DNA of 64,000 bases, from positions 434,001-498,000 of the forward strand of contig AP039697.1 of the NCBI GenBank assembly GCA_051599415.1, read 5' to 3'. The DNA is from Savitreella phatthalungensis (lineage: Eukaryota). The stretch's first letter is position 1, and every line of letters begins with the position of its first letter. Below the pieces are notes generated by a model. The model had not been told where the DNA came from and searched no databases. It worked only from the letters and a program-made list of their open reading frames with translations. A program made the position numbers and the translations under genes. Of the stretch, positions 1 through 9,836 are shown one piece after another.

Positions 1-924
1 AAGTCCCCAGTCCTGCATAGTGATCCCTGCTGAACTCGAAGACGATAGATCTGCCGGAAGGTGGTCTCTTGGGAAGAACCAAACACGGATTCCATTGGTA
101 CGCCAGTCGAGGGCGTATACACCTCCTTTGCGCTTGTTGAATGCAGCTCCGAATGACGTTGCATTCTGACTGCGAGTGCCACATCCGACGTTTGTTATTT
201 TGGAGAAACACATGTCACTTAGAGCTTCGCCGGTCTGATTGCGGTTTTGAATGTTCCAGGTATTGCAGTTCGTGCCGGTATGCAGGGAGACCACGTTTCG
301 AGATTGCAGGTTGACCCCCTCGATCACATCAATCTCGCCATGATCAGGCCAGTGAGTCCCATCAGTGAGCCAGAATGCGGGCCATGCGCCACAACCTGTC
401 GGCATCTTCTCAATGTCGAGAAGGAAAAGGCCGCCAGTGTACCGGTCTGTCGACTCGATTCTGATGGAAGGAATACCGCGGGAGTTGGCGGTCACACCAG
501 GACGTATCTCCACGTGGATCTCATTTGCTGAAATGAGATTTGATGCTTGACTCTTGGATTGGTAGTCCACAAACCCGTGCGTCGGGTCATTACGAGAGAA
601 GAAGTCGAAACCATCAAAGAAGGATTCACCTGCATGAGTGCGTACGAGATTATATGCCTGTGAGGGATAGACAGTTGTGTGCTGAATGCTTTGTCTATGA
701 GCTAGACTCGCGCCGAGAATGAGGACGATGACAAGCGCTGCCACGAGGTAGATGAACAATCTAGCACGCCCATCACAACCCATTCCACGCCGTCGTGACC
801 TGCCATTCCGTGTAGGCCTTGCACTCTCTGCTCCCAGACTGTCATCGACATCGTGATCTGCCTCGAAGCTTTCAGCTAGAAGCTTGTCCTTGCCAGAAGA
901 CTTGTCTTTCAGCTCGAAATCCAT
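1..924 (-). CDS. GH16 endo-1,3(4)-beta-glucanase-like, type II membrane anchor; 3' end runs off the window
   Basis: Not in the ORF track because there is no stop inside the window. Manual translation from ATG at 924: MDFELKDK...LFIYLVAALVIVLILGASLA (TM)...FFDGFDFFSRNDPTHGFVDY...MPTGCGAWPAFWL...WPDHGEIDVIEGVN (ExDxxE catalytic motif)...GGVYALDWRTNGIRVWFFPR. Confidence 0.9.
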   Translation of the reverse strand, partial: MDFELKDKSSGKDKLLAESFEADHDVDDSLGAESARPTRNGRSRRRGMGCDGRARLFIYLVAALVIVLILGASLAHRQSIQHTTVYPSQAYNLVRTHAGESFFDGFDFFSRNDPTHGFVDYQSKSQASNLISANEIHVEIRPGVTANSRGIPSIRIESTDRYTGGLFLLDIEKMPTGCGAWPAFWLTDGTHWPDHGEIDVIEGVNLQSRNVVSLHTGTNCNTWNIQNRNQTGEALSDMCFSKITNVGCGTRSQNATSFGAAFNKRKGGVYALDWRTNGIRVWFFPRDHLPADLSSSSSAGITMQDWGL

Positions 925-2020
925 ACGTCAGCCCTCTGCTCCATCGACCATGTGGTGCATCGACCTGATGAAAGGTATGATCACATGGACGAACAAATCC
1001 AGATTGGGAAATGTTGCAATCATATGCAATCATTGATTCAATTGCTTTCGAGATGCATATAACCAGCTGATATGTGTTACCACACATGTACAGTACAGAA
1101 ACCATTTGATGAATGCCCTAATCACGCACTGCATGGATTATTCTGCATCACAATTAATTAACGTCAAAGCTGCTTGCTTGATTGACTGAATAAATGAACG
1201 ATCATGATTCGAATACACGTGCGAATGCACGCAGAAGTGGCAAGCCTGGAACCTACTACTATTTTAATCAAGTGACAGCACGATTCGCCACGCTATGCAG
1301 CGCAGCACCGTCTCCATGTATATACTCGCTTATGCTCATACTCTCACTTGCGTTGATAGCTTGCAACGAGCCGAGCCGGATTCCTTGCGCAAGGATCTTT
1401 GCTTGTGCGTCGAAGCGTTGTGTCTACTGACAGGTTGCCGGCGCATGTCGTGTGCTTACTGTAGACCACAGCTTGGGAGGGACGAAACGTGTCTGTTGCG
1501 TAACAGTATGATTGCCAAGAGAGCGCGGGATCAAGCATGTGGCACTAGACTTCCGAGGGACATTAAGTAGAAGGTCATTTTGGAAGACTCTAAATGCGAC
1601 GGTCACGGGACAAGACACGTAGGTAGGGAGGCGAAGCGCGTAACAGAACCAAAAATAGATATCTTCCATATCCACCGTCATACCCTGCCCCGTTCGCCCA
1701 CAGTCCAATCTAATCTTGCCCTCATACCAAAGCTCATTCACACGGCTGTGCGATTACCCGCAGAGTAGTTCCGCTATTGCATTCGCATCGCATACTTGAC
1801 ACGGTCGTGCTTGCACAGCCTGCGAGCCTGTCCGAAACGTGGTCGGAATGGTTGCGACGGGCTGCAGGGGCGTTGGAGAGGCGGATATAAAGAGGGGTCT
1901 GTGTCTTCCAAGTCGATAGAAAAGTATCACCCAAGCAACCTTTCTCGATATTCCGGTTTCCTTACTGTTGCCCGCATACCAGCACCTCCAAATACTCTCA
2001 ACTTGACCAAATTCACTAGA

Positions 2021-2482
2021 ATGCAGATCATCACCCTTATCCTCGCTGCCGCAGGCGCAGCCCAGGCAAACGGACTCTTCCGCCGTGCAGAGTCTACCGG
2101 TGAGGCTTCGTCCGCTGGTGCTGCTGGCAGTCTGTCAGCGAGCTCGACGCCTACTCCTGCTGCGGGTGCTGGAGTGTCCAGTTCTGTTGCGTCTAGCGGT
2201 GCTGGTGCGAAGTCTACGTCGTCGGCCTCTAGCTCCGGCTCGAGCTACAACACCAGCCCTTCATCGCCCTCGAGCTCCTCGTCCGCTGGAAGCTCAGCGA
2301 AGGCATCGTCATCGTCGACCGCATCGTCGTCCTCGTCTAGCTCCGCTTCAGGGTCTGCCAAGTCATCGTCGTCCGCCTCAGCCTCAGCATCGGGATCCGT
2401 TCCAGCAAACTCTGGAGCAGAGTCCTTCTACGGGCACATCTCTGTCGGTCTCGTCGCCGCAGCCGTCCTCCTCAACCTCTAA
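2021..2482 (+). CDS. Small secreted Ser/Ala-rich, probably GPI-anchored cell-wall protein
   Basis: ATG 2021 gives signal peptide MQIITLILAAAGAAQA, a Ser/Ala-rich body, an NSG omega-like site and a hydrophobic C-terminus (ISVGLVAAAVLLNL). TATAAA at 1886-1891. Confidence 0.8.
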   Translation: MQIITLILAAAGAAQANGLFRRAESTGEASSAGAAGSLSASSTPTPAAGAGVSSSVASSGAGAKSTSSASSSGSSYNTSPSSPSSSSSAGSSAKASSSSTASSSSSSSASGSAKSSSSASASASGSVPANSGAESFYGHISVGLVAAAVLLNL

Positions 2483-4625
2483 GCGAGAAAGGTACGCAGG
2501 TCGTAGCTGAACCTCAACAGTCCAGACTCGATCTTTCGATTTCTCAAATCAAGTACACGACAGCACTGTCAAATCCACCTTCTCTTTTTTCAGCCCATTT
2601 TGGCCTTTCCACTGCTAGACAATGCTTAATACATTTCGTTCTCGTTCTTCAGGTTATCGCTCGTTCGTGTGCGTGCATCATGGTTTGACACGGGACAAGA
2701 AGGTATGCTTATAACTCGCGACGAATGAGTGTGTGTGGCTCAGCTGAAGAAGATATGGTAGAAGGTCAGACGAATGGAAGTGGTGCTCCATCAGGGGGAT
2801 ACCAATTGTGAGACATCCGAGATTTACTCGATTCTGCCACCGCCGTTGTGAAACGGTCCGTGAAAACAGCTGGGCGTGTGCGCTCTCAAGCAAAGCAAGG
2901 CAAGGTCTACAGGAAATCGAGTGATTCCGCCAGCTGCATGGTTCGGAAGTGTTGGGGAGGTTGGCTACATGGCATCGATGCATCATATATCACCTGCATA
3001 TGCGCAGGATTGGCATCGGGGGGGGGGGGGAAGTCTCTCGAGATCTCGATCGTTTGAATCGACGCGCCTCATGAATTCAATTCGGGACGCGACGCGAATC
3101 TTCGGGACCTTTTGAGAGAGATGTTTAGTAGATGCAGCTAGGCGATTGATGAGTTTGAGCTCAACTCTAGATTCAACTCTAGATTGTCCACTACACTTCA
3201 GAGGTCAGACCGAGGTCGATTGAATGGTACATAGACAGACGGTCGGAATTCTTGCCTGTGTAGGCGTTTAAGCGGCAGACATCATTCAAACTCAGTTCCT
3301 CGAGATATTGGTGAATTGGAAAAAAAGGTTAAGGGAAAAAATCCAGGAGAATGTAGGTGGACGAGGCGAGTGTATACAGGCTATGAATTTATTCAATCAT
3401 TCGAACGGTCGACGAGGAAATAAGTGGATATAGCCAATCGACCTTTCATATTTGATGTTGTGCTGCTTGCGTTGTAACTCATTCAAGCGGACTTCCGTCG
3501 ATGGAGATAGATCCGCATTCGGCAACATGTGCCAAGGCTTTGACTTTGAAGTATTACACATCGTGTACATAGACTCAGTCAGAACTGCAATCTGCGGGAG
3601 TTGACTTGCCTGCCGCTCTAATGCACATGTTCGATTGAATGGATGGAGTATCTGAGAAGGATGAAATTTCGGAATCGGCTAGAACGAGGTCCATCAGTAG
3701 ATCTGAAGATTCGAATTTTCAATCAGTTAATCTCAATCAGGTCAAACAAAGGAAACCCAGAATAATCATCGGGAATGTTCATCTACGCTCTGAAAGCAGA
3801 TGCAGGTCATATCATAGGTTGTACCTGCTCAGCCTTGACCTTTATCCGACAACAGGAAGAGAACCGCCACAATGGCAAGGAGGGTTCTGATCAAGGTAAA
3901 AGAGCATTCTACATAACCGAAATGTGTGTAAAACGCCTTCACGTTCGGTTACAAAGATGAAATCCATCTTCATACTCTGGTCAGCTTCAGTATGAATTAG
4001 AGCTGGGTGTCCAGACTGATCTGAAAATACAATTTCCACCTCATCCTCACTTCCAATTCTGGCGACCCAGAGATCTGGTTCTCCTTCCATCTGACAGTCT
4101 TCAACTTGAACAATGTCAATGTCCATATCCACAACAACAACAACAAGATGGTTTCAACGATATCTGGCTGTACTTGAATCACGAGCAGAGAGGTGAGTAG
4201 CTAAGAGGGTTGAAGTAGATGAGTGGGCCTCTCCTGCTCTATCCTGTCGAGCTGGAATAGTCAAGCGTCTACTCTATTTCACTTTACTCTGCTCTTTCCT
4301 TACACAGGATGAGTTCTGGAGTGGTCAAATGAGTACGAGTGAGCGAGTGAGTGTACCTGTGGAGGATCCTCAGATCCTCTAGCGCCTCTAAGGAGTCCTC
4401 CAATGCTCGCCTCACCATCTCTCTCTGTCTCTTGCATGGAACGCGAATAGCTTCCCGCTCGACCGTCCCGCTAGAGCACTTCCATTCACTCTACCACGCC
4501 CGTTGCACCTCATTGAAAGGCGACATGGAGGAATAAAAAGACCTCGACCGCCCACCTCACGCTCTCTACGCTCTCTCTTTCTTGTACATCCGTCCTTCCC
4601 CAACCACTCCACCTTCTCTTTAGTC

Positions 4626-7600
4626 ATGAAGGCGGCATTGCTGCTCGCCGCGGCCGCACTCTCCGGCGCGCAGGCACTCACTTCAGCCGCCATCATATCT
4701 TCATCGGCCGCTTCCTCCTCCTCCTCTTCTTCCTCCTCCTCGTCGTCGTCCTCTTCCGCGACCACGACATCGACAAAGCCTTTATCGAGCTCGACGCCAG
4801 CAATCATCGCTCCTTCCTCAGTAAACACACTCGTACTTGCGTCGTCCTCTCCACGGCCTGTCGTCCAGAGCTCCAGCGCTCCTGCTTCCAGCTCACCTGC
4901 CTTCAGTGCGCCTGCTTCAAGCTCGCCCGCCGCTGCCGTCTTTACGCCTCTTGCGTTTGTCCAGCAAGTGACCACTTCCGCATCGTCATCCTCGATTCGG
5001 ACCTCCTCCACAACTGTCCAAGGCGGACGGGTCTTCCGCACGTTACCAGTCGGCACCAATTCGCCAGCGATCAGCAGCAGCACTACCAGTACTAAGCTTT
5101 CGTCCTCGACACAGACCTCGACTCGTTCTTCTTCCACGACAGCGTCGTCTTCCTTGACCAGCGCCACCCCTAGCTCTGCTGCAAAGTCCTCCTCATCCGC
5201 TAGCTCGAGATCGTCCAGCACTGCCGCAGCTCCCTCTGCTGGGACGCTCGCCACGAGCACTGGAAACTGTTATGCGGACACCAACAACGCCATGTCAGGA
5301 CCGAAGTGGACCAGCTCCACCATGACCAACCAGGTGTGTGCACAGTACTGCACAAATCTCGGCTACGCTTACTCCGGCACCGAGTACTACTTCGACTGTC
5401 ACTGCAGCAATTCCCTGCCGACCAGCGCGAAAGTCAACAACTGTAACACACCTTGTGGAGGAGACAACTCGCAGATGTGTGGTGGATCGTACGCCATGAG
5501 TGTCACGTACACGGCTCCGACCGCTAACTCGGGCAACTGTTACGCAGACCCGAATGGTCTCGCGCTCTCCGGACCGAAGGTGACGATGAACGGCATGACA
5601 AATCAGGTCTGCGCAAAGTACTGCCAGAACCTCGGATACGCATACTCCGGCACGGAGTACTACTTTGACTGTCACTGTGGCAATTCGCTCCCGTCGACGG
5701 CAAAATCCGGATCCTGCAGCACCCCCTGTGGTGGAGACAACAACCAGATCTGCGGCGGTGCATATGCGATCCTCGTCACCTATACAGCTCCTACTGCAAC
5801 CACGGGCAACTGCTACCTCGACCCACAAGGCACCGCACTCCCGGGCCCGAAGCTGACCTCTGGCTCGATGACGCCGCAGATGTGCGCAAAGTGGTGCTCC
5901 GGACAAGGATATGCATACTCTGGCACGGAGTACTACTTTGACTGCCACTGTGGCAACTCGCTCCCATCGACGGCAAAATCCGGGTCCTGCAACACGCCTT
6001 GCGGAGGAGACAACTCGCAGTACTGTGGAGGCGCCAGCGTGATCTCCGTCCTCTACACGGCGCCTGTGACGACTGGCAACTGTTATGCGGACCCAACGGG
6101 AGCCGCGATGTCCGGCCCAAAGCTGACGTCCGGCTCGATGACCGGTGCAGTATGCAGCGCGTGGTGCACGAAGCAAGGATACCCGTACTCCGGCACAGAG
6201 TACTACTTCGACTGCCACTGCTCGATGACGATGCCAACGACGCCACGCGTCGGGTACTGCGACACTCCTTGTGGCGGAGACAACTCGCAGACTTGCGGCG
6301 GCTCCTACGCCATGAGCGTCACCTACACTGCGCCCGTCACCCAGACCAACTGCTACGCCGACCCGAACGGTCTCGCCCTCCCAGGACCGAAGCTGACCTC
6401 GGGCTCGATGACACCGCAGATGTGTGCGAAGTGGTGCACATCACAGGGATACTCCTATTCTGGCGTCGAGTACTACTTTGACTGCCACTGCGGCAATTCA
6501 CTCCCTTCGACCTCACAGATCAACACGTGCAACACGCCGTGCGGCGGAGACAACTCGCAGACGTGCGGTGGCAACTATGCGCTCTCGGTCACCTACACCG
6601 CACCTTTCTCGCTCTGCTATGTAGACTCGTCATCAGCCCGGCAGATGAACGGCGCATCGACCTCGTCATCAAGCATGACGCCTAGCGCATGCGCGACCTT
6701 CTGCCTCGATGGCGGGTACGCCTACTCCGGCACAGAAGCCGGCAACCAGTGCTACTGCTCGAACGCTCTTCCGACCTCCTCCTACACGTCCTGCAGCTCC
6801 GCCTGCTCGGGCGACAGCAAGCAGATCTGTGGTGGACCATCCGCCCTGTCAGTCATGTACACTGGCGGCCCGTCGATGACGACTTCCACAAAGCGCGGTC
6901 TCTCGTGGCCGTACGACCAGCCTGGAAGCTACTTCAACTACTTCTCGCCGTCGCGGGAGACGTGGGTGTACAACTGGGAGATGTGGACGCCGAACGGGAT
7001 GACAGCCAACTACGCAGGTGCAGAGTACGTCGGCCTCGTCCACGACCCATCACGTCTAGAGCCGACAAACCAGATCGCCTGGTACTTCACCGGCGCCTCC
7101 ACCCAGCCCAAAATCCTCCTAGGCCTGAACGAGCCGGACCTCGGAGGCGTCAACATCTCCTACGCAGTCAAGCTATGGACGACCTACATGCAGCCGCTCA
7201 AGGCGCAGTACGGGACGAAGCTCGGTCTGCCTGCTGTGACGAACGGTGTTGGGACGCTGTGGGGATACGATTGGTTGCAGCAGTTTACGAACGCGTGCGG
7301 GTCTTCGTGCACGTTCGATGTGCTGCCGATCCACTGGTACGGTAACAGTCTGTCGGACTTCAAGGCTCATGTCACTCAGGCACACACACTCTACCCGAAC
7401 TTGCCCATCTGGGTGACCGAGTTCCAATTCACGGGCAAGGATGTCACTCAGACTCAGGTCCTCGTCAGGCAGGCTCTCGCCTGGCTCGATAATCAGTCCT
7501 GGGTTCAGAGGTACTGTATGTTTGGACCGATGCAGCAGTCTAGGATGGCAGGTATCAATAACGGTGCCATGCTTGTGGATGATGGTTCAGCACTCAATAC

Positions 7601-7631
7601 CCTCGGTCAGATCTACCATGGAACTGCCTAG
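4626..7631 (+). CDS. Secreted protein: signal peptide, Ser/Thr linker, six WSC domains, C-terminal GH128 beta-1,3-glucanase
   Basis: MKAALLLAAAALSGAQA; six repeats of CY.D...C...C...GY.YSGTE...C.C...C...C.GD....CGG; C-terminal KRGLSW, WVYNW, LGLNEPD, IHWY and IWVTEF motifs typical of GH128. Confidence 0.9.
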   Translation: MKAALLLAAAALSGAQALTSAAIISSSAASSSSSSSSSSSSSSSATTTSTKPLSSSTPAIIAPSSVNTLVLASSSPRPVVQSSSAPASSSPAFSAPASSSPAAAVFTPLAFVQQVTTSASSSSIRTSSTTVQGGRVFRTLPVGTNSPAISSSTTSTKLSSSTQTSTRSSSTTASSSLTSATPSSAAKSSSSASSRSSSTAAAPSAGTLATSTGNCYADTNNAMSGPKWTSSTMTNQVCAQYCTNLGYAYSGTEYYFDCHCSNSLPTSAKVNNCNTPCGGDNSQMCGGSYAMSVTYTAPTANSGNCYADPNGLALSGPKVTMNGMTNQVCAKYCQNLGYAYSGTEYYFDCHCGNSLPSTAKSGSCSTPCGGDNNQICGGAYAILVTYTAPTATTGNCYLDPQGTALPGPKLTSGSMTPQMCAKWCSGQGYAYSGTEYYFDCHCGNSLPSTAKSGSCNTPCGGDNSQYCGGASVISVLYTAPVTTGNCYADPTGAAMSGPKLTSGSMTGAVCSAWCTKQGYPYSGTEYYFDCHCSMTMPTTPRVGYCDTPCGGDNSQTCGGSYAMSVTYTAPVTQTNCYADPNGLALPGPKLTSGSMTPQMCAKWCTSQGYSYSGVEYYFDCHCGNSLPSTSQINTCNTPCGGDNSQTCGGNYALSVTYTAPFSLCYVDSSSARQMNGASTSSSSMTPSACATFCLDGGYAYSGTEAGNQCYCSNALPTSSYTSCSSACSGDSKQICGGPSALSVMYTGGPSMTTSTKRGLSWPYDQPGSYFNYFSPSRETWVYNWEMWTPNGMTANYAGAEYVGLVHDPSRLEPTNQIAWYFTGASTQPKILLGLNEPDLGGVNISYAVKLWTTYMQPLKAQYGTKLGLPAVTNGVGTLWGYDWLQQFTNACGSSCTFDVLPIHWYGNSLSDFKAHVTQAHTLYPNLPIWVTEFQFTGKDVTQTQVLVRQALAWLDNQSWVQRYCMFGPMQQSRMAGINNGAMLVDDGSALNTLGQIYHGTA

Positions 7632-7736
7632 TCCAACGACATTATAATCTTTTCTCATCTTCTTTTGTTTTTCGTGTAAATAGTATACAGAATCGATGAG
7701 TATAACGCTTTCATTGATAACGTCCTTCTCTCCAGA

Positions 7737-9203
7737 TCATGTCTCACAATAGGCTGGAGCCTTGTCACGAGCGTATGTTGGTGCTAGCGGGGTTGAGTAA
7801 CGACGCGAGGGGCCTGGCACCGTGTTGGAGGAGGAGTGGGAGGGGGAGTCTGGACGGCGGAGTGAAGACTCCGTCATGCGTCGGGTGGTGCGTTGAGCTG
7901 CCTCGTGGCCTGCCAGACTGGCACGGACCATACAGCAGATGAGCCAGTCTGTGATGGCCGCAAAGCACCGCTCTGCCGCATCGTTTGTAGCGCGGTTGAG
8001 CGGATCGATGAAGGTCGTATCGTACAGCTGGCCCTTTGTAAGGCTGGTCGAAGCCGATAGGGTGTTGTCGATCGTTCGAGCTGCACGGCGTGGGCTGGCG
8101 AGCACGCACGTTGCAAGACGCCAGAAATCACGTACCGGAGGCCACTTCCGCGTCTCACCATTCACACACGCCTCAAACTCGTGGCGAAGGGCATTGATGG
8201 CGGTGAAGGACGAATGGGCTTCACACAGCATAAGCTGCTTGTGTCTGTTGGCAATGGCAAACTCGTTTGCAGCTGCGGCGGACGACGATGCGGATGATGA
8301 TGCCCGGCGGACCCTGGCAAAGACGCTCGTGTACTCCTGTTTGTCCGGACGAGGATCAATGTTGGCTAGATACGCCTGCTTCTGCGTCTCTGCAGCATCC
8401 ATCAGGTTCTCCCACGAGACACGCATTCGAGAGCGACAGGCGTCGGCAATCTGCTCGAATCGCGACGCGAGCTTATGGCCTAGGTCGGAGTCGCAGATCT
8501 GACGGGCGATGTATTTGGCGCGCTTCTCGAGCCGGGCGTAGTCATCAACACCCATCAGCTCAGGGTCATGCCGTGTGCCGGTGTTCTCAGACAGTTGTGC
8601 CTTGCCCAGACTGCCAAAAACGCGATGGTACTCTGACTCTGCCAGAAACTCGCCGTGGTGACGACGCTCTGTCGTTCTGATCTCCTGTTTGAGTGCCTCG
8701 AGTGGCTGCTCGACCTGGGGCGCGCGCCTGAGGATTGATCTGCGCTCATCCATTGCGGGCACGACAACCTCGCCGATAACCTGATTAACAGATGAGCGGA
8801 GTCTCGCATATGCATTCCAGTCCCCATGCTCGATCTGCAGGAGCTGCGCACATAGACAGTCGCTCAGCTCCGTCCGATAGACTCGGACGAGTTCACCCAT
8901 GGTCATGTGCACATCGCGCTTCAAGACTGCGCGGAAATAGGATTCTGCAGCGTAGCGGCGCAGCGATGGTACGCGTGATGTATAGCTTGGCGGCGATGGC
9001 GGTAAAGCGCATGTAGCGGAGGTGTGCAAAGTGGTCTGTACTGCGCGTGATGTGGTTGTGGGACTCGCAGAAGTGATTGCGTACGCACTGTTGTGTCTCG
9101 CCAAGCCGAAAGGATCCGGCGCATGAGTCGGCTGAATCTGTGATGACGCGACAAGGGTGCTCTGGCGATGTCTGCCATAGGTCGGTGGCCTGACGCTGTC
9201 CAT
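7737..9203 (-). CDS. Hypothetical 488-aa protein with a helical core and PPxY-like motifs
   Basis: Long ATG-started ORF with a TATA-like element about 55 bp upstream. No family recognised. Confidence 0.65.
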   Translation of the reverse strand: MDSVRPPTYGRHRQSTLVASSQIQPTHAPDPFGLARHNSAYAITSASPTTTSRAVQTTLHTSATCALPPSPPSYTSRVPSLRRYAAESYFRAVLKRDVHMTMGELVRVYRTELSDCLCAQLLQIEHGDWNAYARLRSSVNQVIGEVVVPAMDERRSILRRAPQVEQPLEALKQEIRTTERRHHGEFLAESEYHRVFGSLGKAQLSENTGTRHDPELMGVDDYARLEKRAKYIARQICDSDLGHKLASRFEQIADACRSRMRVSWENLMDAAETQKQAYLANIDPRPDKQEYTSVFARVRRASSSASSSAAAANEFAIANRHKQLMLCEAHSSFTAINALRHEFEACVNGETRKWPPVRDFWRLATCVLASPRRAARTIDNTLSASTSLTKGQLYDTTFIDPLNRATNDAAERCFAAITDWLICCMVRASLAGHEAAQRTTRRMTESSLRRPDSPSHSSSNTVPGPSRRYSTPLAPTYARDKAPAYCET

Positions 9204-9793
9204 CGCGCCGTATGCTCAATGGCAAAGCTAGCACGGCGAATGAACGGCCAGTGGCCTATATACAACCTTTTTGTTCTCTGTGATGTTGTGGTTTAGATAG
9301 AGTACGTGAAGGCGCAGCGATGACGACGCCGGCTACGATCGGAAGCCAGAGGTCACTCCCGGAGACTGGACGGATGACTAGTTGCAAGCGTGGCAGGCGA
9401 GACGGGATGTGGTGATGTAGACGAAACGGAGTTATAGACTATACGGAGTATACAGTGATCAGTTCAGTTTGATTCAAGTACGGCTATAATGGACTGATCC
9501 GTGCACGCGGTATTCCGTAGATATTCCTCCCACTTTCTCTTCACCCTCAGTGACTCTGACTCTCTCTATCTCCCTTCTTCTTCCTCTTTCATTGTACCGT
9601 TACAATATCCAGCTTTATACAGCTCAGGTTAAATCACGAGTCACGATCAATGCTCGGTAGATTTCCTGGAGAAATGGGTTGGAAGAGTAGCTGCACTGAC
9701 CGTTAGAAATAAGATATCTCGATCTCCAGCAGCTTCCGCCTATTCCGCCAGATGGAAATCATTTCAACTTCCACTCTGGCTTTAGCTTACATC

Positions 9794-9836
9794 AATCACC
9801 CTAGTCAGTAATCACCCTAGCCAGTAATCACCCTAG
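9794..9836. repeat. 16-bp tandem repeat (AATCACCCTAGYCAGT), about 2.7 copies
   Basis: aatcaccctag occurs at 9794, 9810 and 9826. Confidence 0.85.

Noticed and set aside
4412..6246. Long antisense ORFs opposite the WSC-GH128 gene
   Set aside because: Shadow ORFs arising from Ser/Thr-rich, GC3-biased codons.
9794..9836. CCCTAG-containing repeats as telomere relic or CRISPR
   Set aside because: Only three short units, not TTAGGG, no unique spacers, eukaryotic context.
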